DNA from: Octopus bimaculoides
Taxonomy: Eukaryota
Length of the DNA: 64,000 bases
Reading direction: 5' to 3'
Assembly: GCF_001194135.2 (NCBI RefSeq)
Contig: NC_068988.1
Span: 80,753,113-80,817,112, forward strand
The notes beneath the pieces were generated by a model. That model saw nothing but the letters and a program-made list of their open reading frames with translations, did no database searches and was not told the DNA's origin. The translations under genes and the position numbers were made by a program. Shown in pieces: positions 1 through 12,869 of this stretch. Each line of letters begins with the position of its first letter. The first letter of the stretch is position 1.

Positions 1-739
1 AACCTACGAGTACTTTTTGTTTTCTTATTCTGGGATGATCTATCAACCTTACAATTTAGTGCTAGAAACAAAAAACAACTAATCTCTCCAAGAATATATT
101 TACTTATCTTTTATTTACTTTGTATCTTGTAAAATAAATAAATAAATAAATAAATAACTCTCTCTTCTCTGTTATACAAAACATTGGTGAAATTCTTCTC
201 TAAGCAGTTAATCCTTCTCAGATGACCATTTGGAAGTTCAAATCTTCTGCAAGTATTTTGTTTTGTCTAAGAACATGACACTTAATTCTGTTAGTTCCAG
301 TTTGAAATTAGCATCAGATATCTCAATGTCCCATGAGACTACCTTCCTATCCAGGATATATTTGATTCTCATCTGTTTCACATTATAGAACTAAAGACAA
401 AAAGCAGCCTTGTGAAGCATGGGGATAGAGGATGTACTTCATTTTTAGTTATATCTATTGGCCTCACTGGTTTTTGAGATAAAATTAAAGACCCAACCCA
501 CCTCCACAGTAATTTGGATTGTCTTCAGGGGAGAAGTTTCTGTTTGTATAACAGTTGAAAGAAATGTAATCTCATTACCATATACAGACACCATATATGA
601 CTGTTGCCTAGCCATATGTGTTGCCTAGCTTTTGTTATAAGATAGTGCTGTCTCTATTTGTCATGTTTCCTCACTGTTATTTTAATGATTATATTGAAAA
701 ACATGACTAAAGCCAGTTCTCTTCCAATCTAACAACTTG

Positions 740-870
740 AAGAACAAGAAAGATCAGAGGGTACCCCACTTATTACAGGACACTTTTGAGAAAATGCACC
801 ATCTGTCACTACCAATGGGAGCCTCACTTTGGCTGCTTGATCTGCTAGGCTTAGCAGCCAAATCTCCCTC
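740..870 (-). mobile_element. Possible CR1/L2-like LINE RT remnant
   Basis: ORF 729..929 contains RLPLVVTDGAFSQKCPVISGVP, resembling the VVVDGxxSxWxxVxSGVPQG stretch of CR1-type RTs; no other motif is readable. Confidence 0.3.
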
Positions 871-1124
871 AAATTACATCGTATCATCTTAAAAATGAAA
901 GAAAGAATATATTTTATAACGTAGTTCACAACCTTAAAAAACAGATGTCATGTTCATGGCTGCAATATCTTCAATCAAAGGTCTGCTTGGTGAGGGATGA
1001 CCCTATGCTAAACAACCATTTGACCTCTCCATTGAAAGCTACTATTATTTTTCAACCTATGATGTATAAAGATGAACTTTGTCAAAGGTTTTGGAGATAG
1101 TCTTTTCTGCTATAGGCACAAGGC

Positions 1125-1290
1125 CAGAAATTCTTGGGTAGAATGTTAGTCAATTACAGTGATCTCAGTACTCAACTGGTACTTCATTTATCAACCCCAA
1201 ATGGATGAAAGGTAAAGTCGACCTCAGCAGAATTTGAACTCAGAATGTAAAGGATGATGAAATACTGCTAACCATTTTGTCTGGCATGAT
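1125..1290 (-). mobile_element. SINE (family C, AAGTACCAGT/GGGGTCGAT core)
   Basis: Reverse complement matches the copies at 17208-17640 (ttctgagttcaaattc...gtcgactttacctttcatcc...aagtaccagt). Confidence 0.7.
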
Positions 1291-2199
1291 TCTGTCTTGT
1301 TATCACTGCTGCTGTGATGATGATGATGACAATTATCATCATCATCATCAGTTTCTTTCTACAATATCCACTCACAAGGCTTTGGTCAGCCCTAATTTAT
1401 AGTAGAAGACACTTGCCGAAGGTGTCGTACCTGCTCAATATATATCAGTGTATATTTATATTCTTATCTAAGCAATAGAAACTGGGAGGATGTGATATCA
1501 GAAACTTCTTTCAGCTGTTATCAAGCATTGGGTAGGAGGACGTGTATGTATAAGAAAAGGGAAACATAAAAATTTATGATGTGAGAAGAGGAGTTGAAGA
1601 GTTAATGGAGGAATATATAATTATATTATATCAAATAATGAATGGATGACTTGTTTTTAATAAAATTATCAATTTGCAGATTATTCATATTCATAAATGA
1701 AACTTTTTTTTTATTGTTTCAATTAATTTGATTTCTGATCATTTTCATATATCAGATTTCCTGGATGTGTACATGGTCCCAGACTAGACGAGACTGATGA
1801 ATATATTATCACATTTATTGGTGGACATAGCAAATGAGAATGTTATTACTTCTAATAAAGGATTCTAGGTCAAATCTAGCTTGGGTTTATTTATATATCA
1901 AGGAATATTACACCTGATATTGACTGCAGATGAAACCAATTAAAATATAGAGTAGTTGAAGATGGTATCAAAAAATCAAAAGAAAGTTAATACTCAGAAG
2001 AATTATAATTGTTTAATTACCTGTCTAAGATTGGCATGACATTTTGTTTGAATCTTTAATAATTCTGTGATTCCCCCATACTTGCCTTAATTTGTAACAT
2101 TGGCACTGGATTACAAATTTGCAGTTTACTATGCTAACCTTTCACTCCATTACTGATATTATTTTATTAGCTTTGGAGGAAAACATTAAGTCAACACTG

Positions 2200-3290
2200 G
2201 TTACAGTTCATTGATGATATTTTCTTTTTGTCTGAGAAGGATCACAGGATAGTTTAATTGACTTCTTGCATTTCTGTGACTGTTATTCTAAAAACTATGG
2301 CTTTAAGTCCAAAATAAAATTTACATCAATTTTTTCAAAAACTAGCATTGAATTTTTGCTTACAAAAGTTAAGTTTTCTGGAGGCAGAATAGTAACAGAG
2401 TTATTTTGCAAGCCCACGTCATCCCGCATTCACCTCCACTGCCAGTCCGATCATCCACATCATATAATTCAGTCAAATCCGAAATCCCAATTTTTGAGGA
2501 TAAACAGATTTGTACTGACATAGGGGATTACTGGAAACATGCAAATGCTTTTGTACACCATTATGTCAAATGCAGTTACAGTGAATTACGATTAAAAGAA
2601 ATAGCTAAGATTAACAAAGAAAGTCAAACTTTCATGCATAATTTTAGCAAACAGTATATTATGTGATAGAATTCTTTTAGTGATTAACTGGCACTGAAAT
2701 TTCACTGGAACTTCAAAAGTGTTGCATGAAAGTTACCAGCATGTTGCAGAAAAATATCCTTGTTTCAAACAAATATTTCCTCAGCTGCCTATTGTAGCCT
2801 TTAGATGGAATAAAAATATGAGAACTATTAACCTCTACTTCTGACTCCAAGAAAACTAGCATTGGAGTATCTGCATGCTGTACCTTCACAGAGAGGTAAG
2901 CCCTGTTCATTGTGCCACAACATGAGTCAAGTGAATTTCATCAGGAATCATAACAGAAATGTTATGAGTTATACAGTCGGTGGGACATGTAGAGATTCTC
3001 ATTTGTGTATGCAGCAGAATGCTTGAAACAGAACTTGATTTATGTTGGTTGTGCAACAGAACAATTAAACAAAAATTTAGTGGGCTCAGATACGACATCA
3101 GGCACAATAATAATAGTTCAACAGAACTTGCTGAACATTTTGCATCAAACAGCTGCAATTTTGAAAAAGACTTGAAAGTGCATATTCTCGGAAAATATTC
3201 TGAATCTGATACTCTTTCAATACTCAAAATGCATGAGGTTATTAACATCATGCCTTGGAGGAATGAATAAAATAACAGGAGAATTTCATT
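2200..3290 (+). mobile_element. Decayed Penelope-like element: RT C-terminus, thumb and GIY-YIG endonuclease
   Basis: FIDDIFF at ~2210; SIEFLLTKVKF..TELFCKPTS..SDHPHHIIQSNPKSQFLRINR; frameshifted ICTDIGDYW..FVHHYVKCSY; FKQIFPQLPIVAFRWNKN; then RTIKQKFSGLRYDIRH..TELAEHF..DLKVHIL. Multiple stops and frameshifts. Confidence 0.85.
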
Positions 3291-4019
3291 AAATTTACAC
3301 AAAACTAATTAAATTTTCTTCTTCTTTTTCCTTTTTGTTGTATAGTGAAACTGTACACCCTTCCCTGAGTAAAAAGTGGCAGTAGCTAGCTGTTATAAAT
3401 AGACCACTAGCAGGTCGACAGGAGAAGGTCAGAGGTCGAGAGTATGTGTAGACTGTTTTGATAGTCATGTCTGGGCTGATATAGTAATCATACTGTGATA
3501 CTGAGTGAACGATATAATACTCCAACCTTTTGAGGATAATAACACTGTTTGACTAGGGGGTCATATAGTGCCAGATAGAAGCATTCTATTGATGTCTTCG
3601 GTAATATAACGATATCTGTCAGAGCGACAGCCATCATCCAAAGATAGATACTAAAGTGGTAAAAGACCCCTTCACAATACTTTTCTTTTTTCTTTCCTTT
3701 TCTTTTTTTCTCTCCTTTTCTGTTTTCTCTTTTTTTTTTTTTTTGCCAGTTGTAAAATTGAAACTTGAAGACTAATAATATCATTCTATCAACGTGTGGA
3801 CATTGGTTGCTCTCGTTCGTATTTTACATTTGAATCTCTAGAATTTTGAATTTTTATCACTTTTTATTTTGAACTCAACAAAGACAGGTTTGCTGTCAGA
3901 AGTATTTTTCATCCAATAAAATACCTCTTGCAATTACATCACACTTTTTGTCTTGTCTGTTTACCTTTGTGAAGAGTTACATCAATCCTTTAAAAAAAAA
4001 TTTAAAAAAATAATAATGG

Positions 4020-4395
4020 TTTAAAATTTTGGCACAGGGCCAGCAGTTTCAAGGCAGGGGTTAAGTTGATTATATTGACCCCAGTGCTGAAGTAGTACTT
4101 ATTTAATTGACCTCAAAAGGATGACAGGCAAAGTCAACCTCAGTGGAATGTGAACTCAGAACCTGAAGACAGACAAAATGCCACTAAGCATTCTACCTGA
4201 TGTAATAATGATGATGATGATGATGATGATGATGTTAATAATTATTGTTTCTGATTTTGCCTCAAGGCTAGTAATTTTGAAGAGGTGAAATAAGTTGATC
4301 TCATCAACCTCAGTACTAAAGACTGGTACTTTTTCTTATCAATCTCAGAGGTTTGAAAGGCAAAGTCAACCTTGGTAGGATATGAACTCTAAACG
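4020..4395 (-). mobile_element. Two adjacent family C SINE copies separated by (GAT)n
   Basis: Two partial matches to the 17208-17640 SINE (ggcaaagtcaacct...gaactc; gtactt...atcaa). Confidence 0.65.
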
Positions 4396-5292
4396 TCATA
4401 TTCAGTATACTGTTATTTAATGTACTATTTGAGTGCAGTGGTTCATATAATTGATAATACCTTCCCCCAAAACACAACTTTCTGCCAAAGGTACTGGAAA
4501 TCCTGATTTAATTTATTGTTTGTTATTATCATTATTAGGTCCATTATTATTATCAACATCACCATTTTAATCTTGTAAATAAATCTTTTTTTCATGGATA
4601 AATAAAAAGATGAGTAGAAGAAATATGATATTGTATGAGATTAGTGACCAACCAAATTACCTGATGATGGTCTTCCATAGTTAACTACATTATACATGTT
4701 CTTATATTTACTATATATATCAGGTTGGTTCTGGTATTTCTAGAAGCATCTTTATCGTGTGTGCTTATGTATGTGTGTGTGTAGGGGTGGGGTTCTAATC
4801 TCAAAAGAGCTGTTATTTTCTCTCCTGTATTCTCAGTCACACAGCCTGACCTAAATTACAGACATAACAGTTGAAGTAGTTTGATAAATGTCACATTTTA
4901 GGGTTCATGCAAGGGACAGGATACAGTTAGTTTCCTTTTACAGGGGCAATTTTGGCTGCCATTACTGATGTTGTTCTTGCTGTTGCTGCTGTTTGATTTT
5001 TTTTCTTTTTATCAAATAGGATATAAGTATATTGAGAGTGGGGGGGGGGTACACACACACACATACATATGTAAGTATCTATGTACATACATGGGTGAGG
5101 GGGATAGATTCTCTCAAATGCCCTACAGGTTCCCTAGAGTTAGTAGGTAGTTAGTTTCTGTTACCTAGATGACCTAATTAGCATTGGAAGAGGTTGTTCT
5201 GGAAATATAGTTGTTAGAATAATAACAGAATGAAAATAGTTCAGGGCATTATTATCTCTGAGGGAAAGACCCGCTTGTCTAAGAAAAGGTCT

Positions 5293-6144
5293 GGATCTTT
5301 TTGGTTTGACGGGCAACATTTTTCATTAATGTTTTATGTAGTGTTTTTGGTACCGAAACACTTTCAAACTTCGTATACTTGTATATTTTGTATTATAGAA
5401 AAGATAAAAATTTTTGTATTTGAAGTTATTTCATGTAAAAAGTTGTATTTCAGTAATTTCAACCAATCACCGACGTCTATTGAGGTGAAAATAATTAATG
5501 GCATGGAATGTAAACAACGGTGTCATGGGATCTTTTCCCTTGAATAAAATTAGTGCCGTTGTTTGTCAACAACAACTACCCGTGTTACTCTTATTTATGA
5601 CATCGTTCGTGCGTTTGTACTGGTTTTAGCTTTAGGGTTTTAGGGTTAGGGTTCAGGTTTTAGAGTTAGGGTTAGTTTTAGGATTACGGTTAGGGTTATG
5701 ATTATTTTTGCTATAACCTCACTCATAACCCTAACCCTAACCCTAAAACTCATAACCATAACCCTAACCCTAACCCCAACCCTANNNNNNNNNNCCCTAA
5801 CCCTAAAACCCTAATCCTAACTCTAAAACCCGAACCCTAACCCTAAAACCCTAAACCCTTACTAGGAAATATTGATATAATTAAACAGAGAATAACACTC
5901 TTGACACCGGTAAAAATTATTGTTTATAAAAAGAGCACTAACTGTATTCAGCTGAATAGACGTCAGTGATTGGTTGAAATTACAGAAATACGACAACTTT
6001 AACATGAAATAACTTATTAAGAACTAATTTTTGTTAAGAAGGCTTAGAGAAAAAGATGTTTTATATGACACATTCTACCAGTATCCCAAGTTTGAAAGTG
6101 TTTCGTTAAGAAAACAAGTGTTGCCCTTCAAACCAAAAAGATCC
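5293..6144. mobile_element. Foldback MITE with 26-bp TIRs, 8-bp TSD and internal head-to-head TTAGGG/CCCTAA arrays (copy 1)
   Basis: TIR GGATCTTTTTGGTTTGA(C/A)GGGCAACA at 5293-5318 and 6119-6144; TSD AAAGGTCT at 5285-5292 and 6145-6152; inner inverted repeats ~5428-5485 and ~5950-6012; homologous to 10284-10948 in opposite orientation. Confidence 0.9.
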
Positions 6145-6480
6145 AAAGGTCTCTCCCTCAGAGTAAGAGACAGATTGTATCATGCTTGTGTTGGAACAAC
6201 AATACTATATTGTAATGAGACATGGACTCTGAATGCAGAGGACTTGTGGAGACTAATGACGAAATGATGTTAGTATGCTCTGTGGGATGTGCAATGTCAG
6301 TTGCATATACAACAAAGTGCAGATGTGTTAAGACAAAAATTGAGCATAAAAAGAATCAGAAATAGTGTGCGAGAGGGAAGTCTGTGCTGGTATGGTCACG
6401 CAATGTATATGTACGATGACAGCAGTATAAAGATATGCCAATCACTTAAAGTGGATGGAACTAATGAAATTTATTTTTTA
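6145..6480 (+). mobile_element. RTE-clade LINE 3' fragment, interrupted by the MITE at 5293-6144
   Basis: KGLSLRVRDRLYHACVGTTILYCNETWTLNAEDLWRL and LRQKLSIKRIRNSVREGSLCWYGH; same family as 45019-45393 and 55423-55773; the frame LSK-KGL continues across the TSD. Confidence 0.85.
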
Positions 6481-6579
6481 TGGAAACCCACGTTTTCAGC
6501 TATGGAGATTCTGATTCTGAAAAAAAATTGGCAAAAATTGCAACTTTAAAATTTCAATTCCCCCACCATGCCAAAACTG

Positions 6580-6775
6580 GCCTCGCCTGAGCTGGTGCCA
6601 TGTAAAGAGCACTCAGTCCACTCTGCAGGTGGTTGGTGTTTGGAAGGGCATCCAGCTGTAAAAACCATGCCAAAACAGATACAGAAGCCTGGTTAGTCTC
6701 CTACCTGGTTGGCTCCTGTTAAACCATCCAGCCCATGCCAACATGGAAGGTGGACGCTAAACGATGATTATGATA
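6580..6775 (-). mobile_element. SINE (family A, (CAT)n-GTTTAACGTCC..CCATGCTAGCATGGG head)
   Basis: Reverse complement of the shared ctggatgcccttcc..accaaccac core and gtttagcgtccaccttccatg head. Confidence 0.7.
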
Positions 6776-6811
<36 letters not shown>

Positions 6812-6887
6812 TTGTGTGTATGTATGTATGTATGTGTGTGTGTGTATGTATGTATGTACTCAACCATACATACATACATACACACAC

Positions 6888-7422
6888 AGAGTCTTAGGAT
6901 CAATTCAGATGGCTGTGTGAAGTTGCTGGAGACTGTAATGAATCCCTGGCTAGAGAGGGTTGCTACTGGAAGGTCGTGTTTGGCAGCAGGATTCAGCTCC
7001 TTGTCATTCTTCTGAAAAGAGTCAGAAGTGGTTGTTGGATGCAATTTCGCTAACTTCACCAGCCCCAATTCCTGGCCTCCTAGTTCCCCTGAAGATAATC
7101 CCATGGATCACTATGTGTGGGGAGCAGTCAAGAAAAACACCAGCCACACTGTCTGAAAAACCAAGGCTGAGCTGGTGGCCAAGATCAAGGAGGTGTTCAA
7201 AAATCTTCCCAGGGATACAGTGAGGAATGCATTTGCTAGGTTCCAGAGCCATCTTGAGGTTGTGGTGGAAGCTGAGGGCTGCTACTTTCAGTAGACTGTT
7301 ATCTCCCAGCTATAATCTAAGTAATATTTTTGATTTTTTAAAAATACTTTTATTTTGGGGTGGGATATTGAGTTACGTTTTCTTTTTATGCAAGGTATCA
7401 AATTTAGCCTGAATATCCTGTA
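6888..7422 (+). mobile_element. Tc1/mariner-superfamily (DD37D/maT-like) transposase 3' fragment
   Basis: Frameshifted VWQQDSAPCHSSEKSQKWL..NFTSPNSWPPSSPEDNPMDHYVWGAV..TKAELVAKIKEVFKNLPRDTVRNAFARFQSHLEVVVEAEG; ends ..aatatcctgTA. Confidence 0.75.
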
Positions 7423-7523
7423 AAGGACATGGCTATCTCTAATGCTGGTGTCACAAGAATGGCACCCAAAATCTGTACCTGTTGTTTTTACTGCACACAC
7501 ACACACACACAAACATCCTGGAC

Positions 7524-7752
7524 CAGTGGTTCTCCACTAGGGTTTATATGGCCCTTGGAGATCCATATAAGATTTTATTGTTAAAATTTATCTGGAATAA
7601 ATTGTTTACACATTTTTTAATACAACTCCTAATAATATTTCATAATAAAAATATTATAGGATTTTTTAAACATTGAATGGTTATGAGGGTACACACAAGT
7701 AAAATAGGAATCAAATGGGTCCATAGGTAAAAAAAATTGTTGTGAACCACTG
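7524..7752. mobile_element. hAT-type MITE (229 bp)
   Basis: Termini CAGTGGTTC / GAACCACTG; flanking 8-mers TCCTGGAC (7516-7523) and TCCTACAC (7753-7760), 6/8 identical. Confidence 0.75.
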
Positions 7753-7829
7753 TCCTACACTGTATCTTGTTAAAGTCCACTCAGCTAACTGCCCATATAG
7801 TCAGTCCCTAACACTCTCCAACCTCTTGT

Positions 7830-7898
7830 CCTAGACATATTGTCTCCTCTCTTTACCTTTCCTACCCTAGACATATTGTCTCCTCTCTTTACCTTTCC
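7830..7898. repeat. 36-bp tandem duplication
   Basis: ctagacatattgtctcctctctttacctttcc begins at 7831 and again at 7867. Confidence 0.85.
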
Positions 7899-8714
7899 TT
7901 ACCTTTCCTACCCTTTGCTCCTTGGAACTGGCTGCTTTATGTTCCTTCATCACTCATATTGTGCCCTCACCCCCAAGACTTCATGCAAATCACTCTGTGA
8001 CAGAATGTCAATCCTCTGGAACAATTCTCTCCCTGCACATATTTTTCCTGCAGCTATTGTCTTGCAACAGTTGAAGAATAACATTAATGGCATCAGTCTT
8101 GTGGATCTTGGAATGTCTTTATCTGTCTCCCCCTCCAGATCAGTTCAGTAAAACACACAAACACACACATCAAGCATAAATACACCCAAACACACACATA
8201 GACAAACATACGAGCTAACACACACACAGAGGCATGCACACACGGATACACACATGCACAAATGCACAGACACACAAAGCACAATACAAACATATGTAGA
8301 CACACATGCACATACATAAACATAGCACTAGTATCGTGGATAAGAACACTGAAACTGCATTAGAAAAATAGAGTTGTAAGGTCAAAGAGTAAGTGTATAA
8401 TATTAAATAGGAGGAATATGGCTTTGGGAGACAATACTGAACAAGTTATTGTATAGAAAGGTTAATGGTACACAGTTGTTCAATGTATGGAGTTACTGAT
8501 TATGATGCTGATGAATGGCTGTAGTAGCAGTGGTGGAGTTGGTAGAAGTGACAGCGGTGGTGAGACAACTATGAAATTATGAATTACTGTTGTTGCTGTG
8601 TAGCCTCACTCAGTTGCATTTCACCTGACCTTTGACATAGAGAAAGTATGTTGGTATGTGGGAGGAGAGGAAGGGAACTAAATAATTAAATCAGCATTTC
8701 TAGTCATGGCCACC

Positions 8715-9000
8715 CCATCATTATCATCATCATCATCATCGTTTAACATCCGCTTTCTATGCTAGCATGGGTTGGACGGTTTGCCTGAGAACTGGCAAGC
8801 CGGGAGGCTACACCAGACTCCAAACTGATTTGGCAAGGTTTCTACAACTGGATGCCCTTTCTAATGCCAACCACTCTGAGAGTGTAGTTGGTGCTTTTTA
8901 CATTCCACTGGTACAGGAGCCAGGATGGTACTTTTTATGTTCCATCAACACGGATACCAGTCAGGCAGCATTGGCTTAGGCCATGCTTGAATGGTGCTTT
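8715..9000 (+). mobile_element. SINE family A
   Basis: (CAT)n-gtttaacatccgctttctatgctagcatgggttggacgg...ctggatgccctttctaatgccaaccactctgagagtgtagt. Confidence 0.85.
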
Positions 9001-10283
9001 GACTGTTAGATAAGGCAATCTGTGTGTAGTACATACAGAACCTTGCTTAGGGATTTGTGGCACAGGAAGGAAATGTGTGTTTATCGAGTGGCCTACCCCT
9101 ATTTTATTTCATTATAGACTTTTCATTAATCCTGGGCAATGATAGTGGATTGTGTTGTATCAAGCATTTGTTTTAAAACATGTAATATCAATTGCTATCA
9201 CTGAATACAGTTCAGAATATTCTATTTCTCCATGACTACGTCCTCACTAGGTTCAAGAAAAGCTAAAGAAGAGATAGGGAGAACTACTTACTAGATCACT
9301 GAACTAAGGCAGGGGCCAGCAAATAGGTTAATATTGACCCCTGGGGACTGTGGGGCTATCTATGTGGTTGTTAAACATCTGAAACAATTTTGAGCCTCAA
9401 AGTACTGAATTATTAGCAAATTGAACCTGGAAGAGCATGGTAATTTAAGGTAATTTAAAATATTGATGGAATAACTAATAATCACCAAACACATATTTCA
9501 CATTAAATATTCTGACTATATATGACTGAATTTTTATTTTTCTTTATCAATTTCATGGAGTGTTTTCATTAAATTTATTTAGATATTTCATATTATGAAG
9601 CATTTATGACACAAAGAACAAAGAAATTATTGTTTTTAAATCAACAAAGTTTTTTTTATTTATTCTAATTTTTAATTTTATGTGAGAGGTCAATATGTCA
9701 TCAATGATTCTATGGAGTGATTAGCAAAGCTGAGTTCAGAACTTCTCAGTGTTTATTTACTATACTATTAATTAAAGATATATTGTTTAAGTTGTATATT
9801 GTAAAGAGATGGGTGTCAAGGAAGGGCATTATCTTTGATAAAGGTCATACCATTTAATTTTTCAGGACACCTTGTCTGCCACTGGCTCTCACCAGGCACC
9901 CACCTTTCACCTCTGATTCCATGAATTATCTGTGTGTGATAGTGCACCAATTCCTGGGCAATGGCATTGGCAGGCTGACTGGATCAGGCTGAGAATAGTT
10001 GATGAGTTTTTTAAGAGCTTAGTCCCTATGCATGTGAAGATTGGGTTTTCAGTGGACAGAATAACAATATTCAGTTACATCTCTGTGGAACACATACCTT
10101 GAAATGCAGAGACATTTAGCTTACCCTGGTCATCCTGCTGTAATCCCGGTTTACTTGTGTCAGTCATCTTGGTCTGCCTTGCTACTGTTCTAAGAAGTCA
10201 GAAATGAGAAAGTGAGGCTGGTCATTCAACACAGTCATCCCTCACTAAAATCCAAGTTCAGCTCAAGTCAGGACACAAATTTC

Positions 10284-10948
10284 GGATCTATTTTAAAACG
10301 GGGGCGCCAGTATTTTCTTAACAAAACACTAACGAAACACTTTGAAACTTGGGACACTGGTAGAATGTATCATATAAAACATCTTTTACTCTTAGTCTTC
10401 TTAACAAAAAAAAGGAATTCGCAAGTTATTCCATGTTAAAGTTGTCGTATTTCTGTAATTTCAACCAATCACTGACGTCTATTCAGCTCAATAGAGTTAC
10501 TGCTGGGCAGTCATAAAAATGTTATTCCCTGTGACATATTTCATCCGGTTTTATCGTAATTTATACGCATATATTGTTTATATAATAAATTACGCTGTGC
10601 GTATCTATGTGTGTAACAATTTTAGAGTTCGGATTCTAGAGTTAGGGTTAGGGTTAGGGTTACGGTTACGGTTACGGTTAACAGTCTAGTTAGGGTTAGG
10701 GTTAGGGTTAGGGGATTAATACGATATACACCGTTACAGCGCTAACTGTTTTCAACTGAATAGATGTCAGTGATTAGTAGAAATTATCGAAATAAGACAA
10801 TTTTTTACATGAAATAAATTCGAATACAAAAATATTTTTCTGTTATATAACACAAAATAGATAAGTATACAAAGTTTGAAAGTCTTTCCGTACCAAAAAC
10901 ACTGCATAAAACAAATGAAAACTGGCGCCCCCGTTTTAAAATAGATCC
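10284..10948. mobile_element. Foldback MITE with perfect 28-bp TIRs, 8-bp TSD and internal TTAGGG/TTACGG array (copy 2)
   Basis: TIR GGATCTATTTTAAAACGGGGGCGCCAGT at 10284-10311 and 10921-10948; TSD CAAATTTC at 10276-10283 and 10949-10956; inner inverted repeats ~10424-10493 and ~10746-10820; telomeric units 10641-10714. Confidence 0.92.
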
Positions 10949-11689
10949 CAAATTTCTCTCTACAAACAGCACCTCTCCCATTGTAGTGGTTGGGATACCA
11001 CATATGCCTGCAATAATGAAAGAGTCCCATTCCTGTAGTTTCATCACACTGTAGGTGTGGTGTTGGAGGAAGAAGCCACAACTCTCCAGTCACCTGCACC
11101 ATTGCATCCTCTTTTGTTGGTAATCTTGTTGTGAGAAGTATTGTTGGTGTATAAGAGGTGGAGTCTAGGTCACCTTCTAAAATATAAGGCAAATAAATTT
11201 ACAAACAAAACTCATTAAATGGACTAGTTGGCCACCTAATTAAGATGTATAACCCTTGACTCCAAATTTACCCCCCATTCACTCGATCTGACAATCCAAA
11301 TAAAGGCTTTGAGTATCTGATAAATGTTGTCTTTGAAAACCTGCAGCATTGCCTTGAGCAGTTTAACAAGAGTTTAGATCATATTGGTGATTAACTGTGA
11401 CAAAAGGAATTCTGTAAGGGTCATGAGGTGTGAAGCATACAGACCCCTTCAGTAGTATATATACAAACAACCAAAGGTCTGATCAACACGCTTGATTTAT
11501 GGGAGAGTAGAGGAGTTCAAATTGATGTCACTCACACAAAGTCACAAGAAAAATGGAAATTAAAAATTGTAGACCTTTCAGCCCATTTCACAGGTGTTGT
11601 CCCTATGAATTATGGGATGGTGAAATGTTAAAGTGACCCACTTAGTGTTAGGACTATTTAATTAGATTAAGACAACTAGAACCAATGAC

Positions 11690-12075
11690 AGCAGATTATT
11701 GGATCAATTTACTTGTTTCACTCATGAAACTGAAGCCATACTGGAGCACTTCCTTGAAGAATTTAAGAGGAATGAACCAACACATACTTTTTATTCTAGT
11801 GTTCTTTTTTACCAAACTGTTATGTTACAGGGATGTAAACACACCAACACCAGGGGTCAAACAGTAGGGGGAGGGGGAGACAAACACAGACTCTAAGACA
11901 GACACTCACATGTGTGTGTGTGTGTGAGTGTGATACCGTCCTTTCAGTTTCCATCTACCAATTCCACTCAAAAGGCTTTGATTGGCCTGAGGCTATAGTA
12001 GAAGACACTTGTGCAAGGTGCCACGCAGTGGGACTGAACTGGAAACCATGTAGTTGGAAGCAAAATTCTTATCAT
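11690..12075 (-). mobile_element. Composite tRNA-derived SINE (family B: head, microsatellite, second half)
   Basis: Reverse complement of accacatggttcc..ttcagtcccactgcgtggcacc..aagtgtcttctactatagcc, matching 42766-43165. Confidence 0.75.
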
Positions 12076-12612
12076 AGATAAGAAGTTTGCTATGTATATC
12101 ACTGATATACATAGGCAATATACTAAATGGCATTTAGGATATTGCCCATGTGTATCAGTATGAATGTAGCATGGCCAGATGTTAAAGAAGTTTGCTTCAC
12201 ACTCACAAGCCTCTGGATTCAATCCCACTGTATGGCATTTTGGGTAATGGTAACTCCCCTGGAATCAACCCATACCTTGTGAGTGAAACTAGGTTGATAG
12301 AAACTGTGAGGAAGCTTGTTAGATGGCTTGTACCTGTTATTCAAAGGTCCAAACACTGTGTCATGCTTATTCTGTCTGAGAATTATGTTAAGGGTCTATG
12401 TGTCAGCAGAATACTCAGAAGTCACTGACATGCTAATTAATTTTATGTAAATCAATTTATGCTAGCTGTTACCCATTGCTATGCTGCCAGGTAACAGCCT
12501 AGTCAAGATGAAATAGATCTTTCAGCTGCAGCCTACTACAATGATCACATTGATTTGCTCAATAACAACCTTTTTTTCTTATTGCAACAAATTTTAATTC
12601 TATCTTTCATAC

Positions 12613-12616
<4 letters not shown>

Positions 12617-12682
<66 letters not shown>
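12617..12682. repeat. (CT)n microsatellite
   Basis: Uninterrupted CT run. Confidence 0.95.
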
Positions 12683-12691
<9 letters not shown>

Positions 12692-12869
12692 CTCATCAAC
12701 AACCTGTCATTTTGTGAAAGCCTTTTTTTAAAGTCTGTGTTGTATTGTCTATATGTTGAAAGACATACAGAAATATATATATACACACACACACACACAC
12801 ATAACAGAAGTACACACACACACACACACAAACAACCAAAGAGATAACTATATGTATTATACGTATACA

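Noticed and set aside
5622-5860. True chromosome fusion site
   Set aside because: The arrays are enclosed by TIRs and an exact 8-bp TSD inside an RTE fragment, which indicates transposition.
10767-11192. 141-aa ORF
   Set aside because: Its second half reads through the MITE end; no recognisable motifs.
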